A stretch of DNA of 50,045 nt, counting the filler, from Catajapyx aquilonaris (taxonomy: Eukaryota): NCBI GenBank assembly GCA_000934665.2. It is 2 parts of 2 records of this genome, joined end to end, with 100 filler letters (N's around TTAATTAATTAA, not from the genome) between each part and the next. Parts side by side here need not be neighbours in the genome. Positions count along the whole stretch, not along the records: positions 1 to 24,980 come from KZ539351.1; 1 more part is not named here. The stretch is one strand, 5' to 3'. The first letter of the stretch is position 1. Each line of letters starts with the position of its first letter. Made by a program: the position numbers and the translations under genes. Below the pieces are notes generated by a model that was not told where the DNA came from, did no database searches, and was given only the letters and a program-made list of their open reading frames with translations. Below, piece after piece: positions 10,801 to 23,504 of the stretch.

Positions 10801-13800
10801 TAAAAAATCTCTATGTGACCATTTTATTTGGACATGTGAGTTCAAATGGATTCAAGAAATGAAACATCTAACTAGGAAAAAAACGTCTCACCTTGGTGTC
10901 AAGATGGGGTGTCACATCTGATGCAATGATTGTTAGCATGGGAACAAAACTTTCCATTACATTGCCATCCATAACGGATGTTCGCTTCCCTTTGAAAATC
11001 CCACAGCGGTCAGTATGGCTGCTACCTACATTCCCATTGCACTGGTGTAAATCAGGTGCCCTGGTAAGTCGTCGACGACAAACAACAACGGTAGTGCATG
11101 TAGTAATGCAGGTCAATCCAATCAATATACCTACAATCACTCCTGAGCCAGATAATAAAAAATACAAAGTTTAGCTTTATTTCAACAGTCTTAAAGAAAG
11201 GGTTCAGTGATTTTGCATGTTGAGCTTCAAAGATCAAGGAAGACCTGATTCCTAAAATATGGTCAGTTTTTGAATTTGACGCCGCGTAAGCAAATGCAGT
11301 TAGGTCAAAGGCGCAATCCGCTACGGTAGTATTTGATTTGGTAATCGTACAGCTAGCACCGCCCGCGGAGATCCCGGTAACCTGCAAGGACAAGGACCCA
11401 ATGAGATTGGCTTACCCACGAAGTCAATTTTTGTACTAGGAAATGGATGGATAGGAAATGGATGGCCCTTCCTCCGACGCCGTCACATGCAGCCAAGATG
11501 TGGGCAATGTGTATTTCTCGTCTCTCTCCGGATTATACCTCGCGACACTACCCGCCTTGGTAAAGGCCGGTATCGACGTAAAAGTTTCTCGAGCACGAGT
11601 CCTCTTCAGCGAGGAATCTTGCTCATCGAGACGGACTCTATGTCGCCTCAGGTTCCTCGGACAGTCTGTGGGTTAAAGTTGAAAATTTTCTACTTTTTCT
11701 CGTTCCTCTGATCCGATCATGCACAGTTGGCTCCTCTTGCACAAGAAAAGTTTTACGTGGATACGGGCCTTAAAGGGACACTCCACTTAAAATACAAGTT
11801 GGCCCCCAAAAATCGGGCAAAAAAATACGATTCCAACGACACCAATAATGAATTTTTCCGATGAACGATGACCCCAGGGGAACCGGCTCATTACGCGTAT
11901 TTTAGCGATACGGTTGTAACCGTATGCTACTGTTCACGACACCCTCGCCGCCTGGCGGCAGGAATGGGAAATGGAGTATGCTCAGCTCTGCCCGCGAATT
12001 CAAACCTGAACGTATTCGAACCGTATGCAGTGGTAATTTGAACAGTGAAATCCATCCTGGACTTTAAAATGTTTATTTACCATACAATTGACCATTTTTC
12101 TACCCTTCCTGACAGTCCCATGACACACTTGCGAAGCTGGTGCGCTAGTGTTGCCTAGCGCGCCTGGCGCGGCAGTTGTTTCTTGAGCACTCTATATACT
12201 TCTCCGGTTTGCCGCAGGATGCTGTTGTATCGCCCTTCTTAGCAGACGACGTGTGTAGATATATGATTTTCCGTGTTACCGTTGGGCGTAGAAAAAAAAA
12301 AACCGATTGCACATTCGGAATCATGATTTTTTTCCCGATTTTTGGGGGCCAACTTGTATTTTGAGTGGAGTGTTCCTTTAAGTCTCGAACTGGTACGGAA
12401 GTATATCCTGCCGTTGGCGTCCCTCTCTCCTACTCGCCCTCCCTCCGACCTTCCCTTCCATCCCCCCTGCCCTTGGCACCCGGGGCGGGTTCCGCTATGG
12501 TCGAAAACACAAAAACCTGGCTTGCAATGGGCCAATGACCTGTCGCAATGGGGGCGGCCATCTTTTTCCCCTTGCTTAGAGCTTCCATCCTTGCCGCTAG
12601 AGAGAACCGTGTTCGGTGCTGATTAAAAAAAATAACGACTTGAAAATTTACGCTCATGGTACATTTGCTACCAAAACAGACCAGATATTCAGAATCAGGG
12701 AGTCCTGCTTGAATTTTAACACCCAACATGCAATATCACTGAACCCTTCCTTAAAGATGAAGGACAACCTACCTATGTGATAATCATGCAGAGGTTGATC
12801 ATTAGATGAACTCTGGGTGTTGCCGTCATTAGCCAAAATCACCATAGGAATGGTAGGGGTAGCTTTCCCCAATCCTGCTCGAGTGGCTGCCCGAATGTAC
12901 ATGTAATATCGCATGTTTGACAGCAAACCTGACAACTGGATGAATCATCCCATACAGTTGGTCCTACTATATTCTAAATGGCAGAGGGTGGGTTTTTCGT
13001 CCTCCTGCAAGTCTCTGATAACAGCCAGCTTGTGCCAGTCAGAATTATTCTCCCATGAAATTTCTTATGGGTTACCAGTTTAACTATTGTTGACATGTAC
13101 TGCTGATTTTAGCAGTAGGACCAAACACCTACCAATTGTCCATAAGTATTGTCAAGCCTGATTACCTTGCACTTTGTGACGTTGCCGTCAACTTCTTCAA
13201 CTTGCCATTTATCCTGGTTAATATTCAGGTCATTCGCATAATATATGTTATACATTAATATTTGTCCATTGGTTGCTTCGGGTGATTTCCATCCAATCAT
13301 GATGCTGGTTGAGTTGAAAGGGTCCCAACTTGGCTCCAGTGGTGCACCTGGTACTAGAAATGAAACACAGCAGTAACATTAGCACCAGTGTTGTACAAAT
13401 GCTTACTCAGGGCCAACTCAACTCCTAATCAACCAATATCAGATCTTCTATATTCTTGGGCATAGCAAAGATCTTAGGAGAGGAGGGCAAAAAACCCGGG
13501 GAGGTGGGGGGGATGGTGGTCTGGTGGCTATGCTACTGGCAAGCCAAGCAAGATGTCCGAGGGTTCAAATCTCGTCCCAGCCACATTCCCTGGGTCGGAT
13601 CTTTTTCCGCTTTTCACCTGACGTGTCCGGGCAGACTTGCACTCCCTTCTCTCCCCAGGGACAGGAGAAAAGGTCTGGCTTTAAGGACTGTCCGAAATGA
13701 CTCTCTCTACATTCTATGAAGACTGCTAGAATAAGGCATTCTTATGATGTGCAATATGAATTTTTAATGTAACTAAATAAGAGTAATTTTATTGCTAATA

Positions 13801-16800
13801 GAGGTGACTACTCTGAAGGTACGCGTCTTGCACCTGCAATAATTTTATATTTAGTAAATATCGAAAATCCGTTCTCCAGATTGGGCGGAAATGTCAAGTA
13901 AACATTATCCTGATCATTTGACATTCCAAAGATGTCGTAGCGGTCGATTACACTGATCTGCATTTTTTAAATTTATTCTGTTGTTTTGAAATAAACATGT
14001 GTGTCCGAGCGGATTTTCTCAGCAGATTACGAAAATGACATTGAAAATCTCCTACTACGTCTAGTTTTCGAGTTACAGGGTGTGCCATAAATTCACATGG
14101 GTATGTCCACATGTCCAGCGCGTGACGTGGATGGAGTTGACCTACCGTCTTTACACCACATTGTGGTGACACTCATCCTTGTTACGACCACCAAGTTTGA
14201 TTCCGATTGCATCATTCCACTGGGAGTTATGCACCTCAGAAGGTGTGAAAGTGTGGGTCGGAGGTGCATATCGGTGAACTTGCGGGCATCAAATAAAATC
14301 ATAATTATGTAATTAATCGAGATAACATTAATTATGATATTGTACGAAGAGTAGGTGGCGACGCTCTATCATACGCCATCATCAACAAAAGTGCCCGACA
14401 ATCCATGATGTATCAGGAGTGTTTGGAAGAGACCCCCACCCATGCACAAAAGGCAATATCGGGAAGGCACAAAGTATGCAACACTACACATTTTGTCGCA
14501 TTTTGTGCATGGGTGGGGGTCTCTTCCAAGCGCTCCTGATCCATCTTGAATTGTCGTGCACTTTATTTGATGATGGCGTATGATAGAGCGTCGCCACCTA
14601 CTCTTCGTACAATATCATAATTAATGTTATCTCGATTAATTACATAATTATGATTTTATTTGATGCCCGCAAGTTCACCGATATGCACCTCCGACCCACA
14701 CTTTTACACCTTCTGAGGTGCATAAAGGCCCGTTTACACGACGACTTTCCTAACGTTTGTACTTTACGCAACTTTCCTAACGCAAGTCCCTACCCTCCAC
14801 ACGGCCACTTTGCTAACGTTCGTACGTGGTTCGTACTTATGGAAGTGGGCCGATAGTAGCCAAGCTGCTGGGCCGTTAGCAGTGTTCGTAGCAAAGCGGC
14901 TTTCTTCCGGCCTAGCTGAATATGCACCGGATTTTACAGCTCCTGCCCCTCCACTGTCGTCGTCGTTGTCGTGCTAGGCAACACGGAGTGGAGGGTGCAC
15001 GACGGTGCACGATATATCCGCAAATGGACAGGAGTTTGGCAAACTCCGCAAGTGCACGGGTGCGACCATGCTGCCATCTAGGGGGGTTTACGTACCAGCC
15101 GTTCCTAATTTTACGTAGATATGGGATGTAGGGGATCCGAAAGTACAAACGTAGGAAAGTAGGGCCGTTAGCCAAGTAGGAGCAGGGAGCGCTCTGATTG
15201 GCTCTCCGTCCCTACTTTACGTAGGAAAGTCATCGTGTAAACGGGCCTTAACTCCCAGTGGAATGATGCAATCGGAATCAAACTTGGTGGTCGTAACAAG
15301 GATGAGTGTCACACCAATTTGGTGTAAGGACGTTGCTGTAGGTCAACTCCATCCACGTCACGCGCTGGACATGTGGACATACCCATGTGAATTTATGACA
15401 CACCCTGTAACTCGAAAACTAGACGTGGAAAGGATTTTTCAATGCCATCTCCGTAATCTGCAGAAAAAATCCGTTCGGATAGACATTTCAATTTGAAAAC
15501 AACAAAACCTTGCGTATTAATGTTATTGATCAATATCAAAATCAAAATGTGTTTGATTTAATATTTCTGGATTATTAAATTTTGAGTATGAACATCTCCT
15601 GGAGCTTAAAAATACCTTTCGAAAGCACATAATATATCAGATTTGACCAGATCTTCTCCGAGTTATGGTCCTCCAAATGAGGTGACTACACTGACGGGAC
15701 GCGTTTGGATCCCAAAAAGTTATTATTGTTGGCAAATATCAAAAATCTGTTCTCCAGATTTTTCGGAAATGTCAATAGTAAATATTAAGTGTCATTCAAA
15801 AGAAGTGGTAGGGGGCCATTAATAAGCAATGTCAAAATCAATGTTTTGGGCGCCATCTTTGACTTTCAATTTTTGGATTTTTCAGTTTTGAGTATGACCA
15901 TCTCATAGAGCGTAAATTTACCCTTAGAATGCACATATCAAATGTTATCGTTGACCTGACCTTCTAGGAGATATGGCCATCTAACAAGGGGGGGCCATGA
16001 AGTGGGCTCTGTCAGATTTGAATAAAACTTGCACAGTAGGTGTATCACAGGCTTACAATTTCACTGGTATGGGCCATTTTCTGCTACGGCCAGTCGTTTT
16101 CAATCTATGAGGTACAATAGATCCGCATGGGTGCGTTCAGGAGAGTAAGGTAAGTGAACGGAAAGAGCTAGGAAAGCGGGCTGTTCAGTTTCCAGGGGCA
16201 CCCCGCTAGTAAACAACAAGGTAACCAACAGCGCAATGCTCCAGGAAGTGTTCGAATCATCTTCAGGACCAGTATATTATTGGTTCATTTTATGTTTGCT
16301 TTTTTCCGTCCCGCATTTCCTTTACGCTGTAGCCATAATGCCAATGCACGGTTCCCTTCATTTATGGGACCTCTTATCGACATGACGCAATAACACAACT
16401 TTCGACGCAAATCAGGAACAAAACAGAGGTGGTAGCTGCTTCGAGACTCTGCTGCACACTTTCGTGCAGACATCATCCGAAACCATCTGCCAGAAACCAC
16501 TCGAAACCTTCCCGAATTTGAGAGAAGCCAGCCAAAACTAGCAATTTCGGGAAACCAGCATACACTTTCACCCACTCGCCCTTTGAAAATAATCAGCATT
16601 TTGCATTGCTCCATCAGAACGGAAGCAATATTTTTGAAACTTACACATTGGAAAGGGTGGGGAGCTCCATTGTGAAACACAAATCAGCGATTGGAGGAAA
16701 ACAAGTTAAAAATTAAACTAGGCCTCACTTGCAAAGCAGCTTCCCAATGGAACAACTGAAGGTGATTCTAACGTGATTCGAACCATCCCTGGAGAATTGC

Positions 16801-19800
16801 TCTGTTGGGTACCTTGTTGTTTACTAGCTGGGTCCCCCTGGAAACTGAACAGCCCGCTTTCCTAGTGCTTCCCGTCCCCTTACCTTACTCTCCTGAACGC
16901 ACCCATGTGGATCTATTGTCCCTCATAGATCGACAACGGCTGGCCATAGCAGAAAATGGCCCGTACCAGTGAAATCGTAGGCCTGTCATACACTTACTGT
17001 GCAAGTTTGATGCAAATCTGACAGAGCCCACTTCATGACCCTTGTAAGTGACAGCAAACGGAGCAGAAATGGTCGAAAATTGGCACATTTGACACCCTGT
17101 AGTTACGCAACCACGCAACGCGGAGGGATAATAATTTGGATTCCTGCACAGGTCGATGAAATTTGGGTCAAGGTCCTCAAAGATTTGTCCCTACAAGTTT
17201 GTCCCCTGAATTCATCAGGAATCACCCTGTATATACTATACAGGGTGTTTCCTGTAACTCAGTAAAGACTTGCAGGGGTAATGGAGGGGACCAAGACAAG
17301 TATTTTTGACATAGGAATCCGTGTCCGGAAACGCCATCTAGAGGGGGTTCATACAGCGCCGGATTTACCCCCCGGCCGCCCTTAGGCACTTGCGATACGG
17401 TCGCCCCGGCCTGACGCTTAAAAATGCAAAAAAAATATTGTGTTGTCTTTTTCATTTCATTTAATTTTATTTTAAAGTATTGTAGTGTCCCATGGTCCCA
17501 CGTCAGGAACACCACGATGAATGATAGGCACCGGACAGCTTTAAAAATCTTAAAGCTGTCCGGTGCCTATCATTCATCGTGGCAAGATCCAATGTTGGCG
17601 GGAAATGATTTAGGCATGGCATATTGTCCATCACATAGGCTGTGATGCGGTGTTAAAAGCTGGTCGGGCAAAATGTGTTAGTTCCATAGTATATGAGCCC
17701 AAAAACTGTCGATTCAAGCAAATACCGCAAGATCCAGCAGCATCGTGCAAGCAAAACCAGCAAGATCTACAGAAAAGTTTGCGATGGATCTTGCGGGTTT
17801 TGCTTTGCCGCTCCTCGTATATTCTCCACACATGTACAGATAACCGTAGCCTCCATAGCAACCGTTACCATTAACCACACCTGACAACAATACACAGTCT
17901 TGCCAACATGACTCGAACCACTACAATATTCTATTGAAAGTTATGGTCGTCCAGAGGGCGGCCGCCCTTCGGCAATTACCTTTTCAGTCTGTAGTGGTAA
18001 ATCAAGCTCTCAAAATTTTGATTTCCTTTGTGATCTCGCCTTAATTTCCTATTATTGTATTTGAGAAATATTATTTATTGCAACTCCGCGGCCGCCCCTA
18101 GCCCAGTGCCTACTGTGCCCAATGGGAAGTCCGCCACTGGGTTCATAGACAAGGAATGGGTGCACTCAGACGTGTCACGTGGGAGGCGCTAGGCGAGCGG
18201 ACTGTTTTGTTGATAGATGGCGCTCGGATAGTAAACACTGATGCGATGTGCCATAACCTTGCAACAGCAGAGCCATCTAGCAACTAAAGTCCGCCTCCTA
18301 GGAGACGCGCGGAGAGTAAACAGCTGTTCTGTTGTTGCCATGTTATGGCGTACCCTATCGTTGTTTACTTACACCGACGCGATACACCATAACCTGGCAA
18401 CAATTGCTCGCAATCTATCAACAAAACAGTCCGCTCCGCTGGCCTAGTGCCTCCCGCGTGAAGCGTCTGAGCGCACCCATTCCTTGTCTATGAATCCCCT
18501 CTAGATGGCGTGTCCGGACACAGGTTCCTATGTCAAAAATACTTGTCTTGGTCCCCTCTATTACCCCTGCAAGTCTTTACAGAGTTACAGGAAACACCCT
18601 GTATATGTACTACCAAGCTCTTGGTACTACCCATCGACTATGCAGGAAGCCATATTTATTATGCCTCTGTGTTGCGTGGTTGCGTAACTACAGGGTGCGG
18701 AATCGACTAATTTATACGAATTTTTGCTTCGCATGCAGTCACTTGGATTACCATAACTCCAAGAGGATATGTACAAATCCTAAACTTGACCGTTGGATAC
18801 CTATTTTAACTCTCTATGAGATGGCCTTACTTATGATAACGAGAATCAAAAATTTAAAGTAAAAAATTTGCGCTCCAATTTTGATTTTTATCAAACTTGG
18901 AAATTTGTGAGATTTTTTTGAATGACTCTTAAAATGATGCTGGACATGACTGGCCGATATTTCCGAAAACTCTACGAGACCGAATTAGGTCTTTCACGCG
19001 CTATAAGCCGAAACGCAATCCCTGTACGGATTTTTGCTTCTCATGCAGTCACTTGGATTACCATAACTCCAAGACGATAGATACAAATCCTAGACTTAAT
19101 ATGTGCGTTGGATACCAATTTTAACGCTGCATGAGATGACCATAGTGGTGACTAGGGGAATAAAAAATTTAAAGTCAAAAGGTGGCGCTCCAGTTTGATT
19201 TTGATTTTTCTCAAACTTGGCCACTTTTGAGATTTTTTAAATGACTCTTACAATGATGCTGGACATGTCTGGTCGATATTACCGAAAACTCTACGAGACC
19301 GAATTTGGTCTTTGACGGGCTAGAAGCCGAAACGGAACCCTTGTGCATGCGCTTGGACCAGCCCGGCCGCTTTTCCGCGTGTATCCAATTCTAGCGTGTA
19401 AAAGGTCAAATTCGGTCTCGTAGAGTTTTCACAAATATCGGACAATTTTTAAATTCGATGGTCTTTTATAGTACATCCTGTATGTCCTTGTTCAAAATAA
19501 CCTGAAAATCAAAATTAGGACCGCGAAAACATCGGGAAATGTTATTTTCACCTGCTTGTAATGTTTATTCTACACGTTCTTAAATTCCATGGTGAGTTTT
19601 TAGTACATCCTGTAGGTATCAGTTCAAAATAGCATAAAAATCGAAATCAACAACCGCAAAAACAGGGGAAACATAATAAATTTCACCTACTTGTACCGCT
19701 TATTCTGCAGATTATTAAATTCTGTCCTGTTTTTGGTACACCCTGTAGGCCGGAGTTTGATAAGAGCCTCAAAATATGAAGCAGTGACCGCAAAACATAG

Positions 19801-22800
19801 GGTAACATCACAAACCTATTCATTCCGCTTATTCGACAGAATTATTCTCAAATTCGATCGTGTTTTTTGGTCCACCCTGTAGGTCTACGTTCAAAATAAC
19901 CTGAAAAACTGAAATCAGCGACCCTGAAAACATTGGGAGACATGTAAACGGTTTAGTTGTGAAGCTATCGTTCGTGTTTTTCTGATCTTGACCAGTTGTG
20001 CTCCACCTACCGCGCTGACGCCACCCACATACGTATATTCTTCCCAGATACAGGTGCAAGGGTTGCGTCATTAGCCTTTTTACCACAATCATAAAGACGC
20101 CACGAGAGATTTTTGCAGTAGGTAGTTAATAATATTTTCCAACGTTTTAAAGCGAAAAACCTATAAAGAAGGGGTAAGTGCACTTAAGGCCAAAACACAA
20201 AGATTTCGCGGCAGCGACAAGCGGCAAACGCCTGCCCCGCCAATTGTTATTAATTATTGGCAATAATAAATATAAATAAGAAATATGCCGCAACGCGCGC
20301 CTTTTGCCGCGCGACGTTTTTTTTGTGAAATGGCCTTTACCTTCTTATTGCAGAGAACCCTTCATATATGAAGGGGTCGGTGCAATACCGCCCTAACCCA
20401 CCAAATGGCACAAATTTTTTAATTAAATTTGATTTGATTTTACCCCGTGATAGGCCTACATAGGCCATGTTGGGGGGTGGTACACCACCATCGATTTTCT
20501 CGTTTTCTATTTTTCTTTCCCCCAGTGCAAGGGGACAGGATATGGATAATGAGAGGCCGAGGGGGGGGGGGTGCAATGTCTCAAGTTGGGGGGTCGTGTG
20601 CAGTCCCCCAGGGGGTCACGTTGCAAGACAATCTCCTAGGTGCAGGTCAGAAATGGGCACCGACACCGCACCTCCTCATGGACGGGGCAAGGATATAGGA
20701 AAGGAAGGAATCGGCTGTGGCCTATTATTTAGGAAGCAACCCCGGAATTCTCCTGGGTGGACCGTGGGAAACCACGGAAAACCACGGTTAGGATTGCCGG
20801 CCACGGGACTCGAACCCAGGATCTCCCGATTAGCAGTCGGACAACATATCCACTCCACCACTAGGCCTACTGCTTCGGTCAAATGACACAAATTGAGTTT
20901 AGCACACTTCCATATACTACACTCGTGTATCTCATAAAATCCATTGAAATTGTCCAGTTTCTGCCATCGGTCACTGAGAAATCAAATGAAATAAGTCACA
21001 TGGTATATGGGATGTCATACGTATGGCCTCTCAAACCTTCAACTGCAGTTTTCTCAAAATCAGGTTTGGGAGGGTTAGGGCAGTATTGCATCGACACCTT
21101 CATATGTTTGATGGGTTTGACCACTGCCACACACCGAAATAATTCGCCGAAAAAGGGCTGATTTCCCGCCAGGCCCAAATTTTGGGAGCGCCCCCCTCCC
21201 ACCAGTGTTGCGCAATAGGACTGAAATTTGACATTTCGCATTAGGTCTTACAGGTGTGTACAACCAGGATTTTTTTCAGCCAAATCGGAGATGGTCGAGC
21301 AACACTTTAACTCAGTTGAGCTGGAATAAGTGACTAATATATTCACAAGTAGTGCCATCCCTTTGGCTTAAATAAATTTTAGAAACTGCCCTATGCAAAT
21401 GGACCACTGTGCCCCGATACCCGGGGCACAGTGGTCCGGAAGTGATTGGGACCCTTAATTCACACAAGTATATATTATTTTTTATCCTACATCTAACCCT
21501 CTAACTAAATAAACCGCAAATAAATAAAAGGGACTTCTGTTACTGCAACCTGCGGACAAAAGTGAATCATTGTCTCTCTCCGGAAAGTTGACCTGGTCCT
21601 GCCACATCCTTTGGCGAATGAACTTTATTTCATACTAAAGTGTACTATGTTAAAACCATTAGTATACAGTACATTATAAAACTACGATGACAAAGTGCTG
21701 TACAGAGGCAAAAGGGTCGTTCACAAAAAGGTGCTCACTGGTCCATGGACCACTGTGCCCCAGGGGGCAGCAACTGACACGATGTTATGAATCGTAGCTT
21801 CCATTGCAAATGACACTTCCCAAATCTCCAGCATTTATGCACAAAGGATGGCACTATTCAACAACATTTTTACATCAGGGTCATGGCCAGCATCTACGCC
21901 TGACATGGCATTTAAAGGATCTGTTCAAGGTTATCCTGACTAAGAAAAACAACCCGCATGGCACAATGATTCGTTTCTTTAGATTGGAGCAGATCACTGA
22001 AACTTGGCAATGTAGGGGAGTTGGATCGAAATGGCTGCTGTCCAGCCACTCTAATATATTGTCATTCAAAGGAAGACTGCTTCTAACAGGTGACCTTCAA
22101 CGCGTTCAACAGATTGGAGCAAGGGTTCGACCATGGTTGTATAAGACTCCCCACCCACCCCCTGCCGAGGGGTTTTGCAGTGGGTGCTCACCTGAGACCG
22201 CCACGAGAGATTTCCCAGATCATTTATATTTTATGTGGCGACCCTACCGGACTAAGGCTGAACTTAATAGGTACGAAAGGGTGGCTACATGCTGGCCCAA
22301 CATGGCCGCCGGCGGCCATGTTGGGCCACCCAATGTAGCCCTCCCCTTTCGTACCTGTAAAGTTCAGCCTTAGTCCGGTAGGGTCGCCACATAAATGCTC
22401 TGGGAAATGTCTCGTGGCGGTCTCAGGTGAGCACCCGCTGCAAAACCCCCTCGGCAGGTGATAAGCCCAGAAGATAGGGGTAGTGTCCGTGGGCTGGGTT
22501 CGACCTTGCTTTGCCAACGAACGCCATTTTGAATCCCTCTTTCTCTCTCCTCTCTCTCTTATCGGGGGATTGGAGGAGAGAGAAAGAGAAGAGAGGGAGA
22601 GACACGCGGTTGGACATACGCGGCATATCAAGATGGGGGTTGCATTTCGCATGTTTGACACTCGCGTACGACATTTGTCCATTTTCACGGTGTTAAAAAC
22701 CACATAAATTGTCGTGCACACAACTGTCATTATGATGTGGCCAAGATGTGGTGCCCCATGTGGCAACATATTTTGAATACTACCAAGGCCGCCAGATAGC

Positions 22801-23453
22801 ACCACCTACCACATCAAAGATACAGCGAGTGGCGAACACAGCGGGGTATAGCGTAAAACTAGGTGCATAGAATATACACTACAAGATGAGCCTAATTTTT
22901 GTCGTTTGGGTTGTGGGGCTACTCAGGGTAACCTTCAACAGGTCCTTGTGGGCCACTAGTTACTTCACTACCCTTCAAATAGATTTCCCCTGATACAGCA
23001 GGATCACAAGCATCTCACACGTACGTGGCTGTCACGTTGGCAAGAACCACAATAGGCTTCACGAGGTACCAGATGAAGACATCATACCAGTTTCTTATAT
23101 TTCTAAAATGGAAAGGACCACTGTGCCCCGGTCTCCCCTATTTCAGTCATTGGATATTAATAATTGAGACCGAAGCAGGTTGGCATAGTGGATATAAGGC
23201 GTCCGACTGCTAATCGGGAGGTCCTGGGTTCGAATCCCGGGGCCGGCAACTCTGACCGTGGTTTTCTGTGGTTTCCCACGGTCCTTCCAGGAAAATTCCG
23301 GAGTTGCTTCCGTAATTAATAGGCCACAGCCGCTTCCTTCCGTCCCTATCCTATCCCAAAAAGCGCAGTAAAATGAAAGCAAAGAGTTCCAGGCAAAACA
23401 AAAACTTCCCCCCTAAAGAGCCGACAGGCTGATAACGGGGTATGAATTATGAA

Positions 23454-23504
<51 letters not shown>

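Noticed and set aside
11170..11560. Extra alternative exons of the receptor gene (splice-like sites near 11381 and 11416)
   Set aside because: Exon 12773-12935 already joins 10892-11142 in frame, and the intervening translation has no recognisable domain.
21804..22805. Overlapping ORFs of about 190 aa on both strands
   Set aside because: They arise from the GC-rich palindrome, which gives mirrored peptides.
23168..23245. Functional tRNA gene
   Set aside because: The tRNA-like part is the head of a SINE with body, (ATT)n tail, TSD and further copies.
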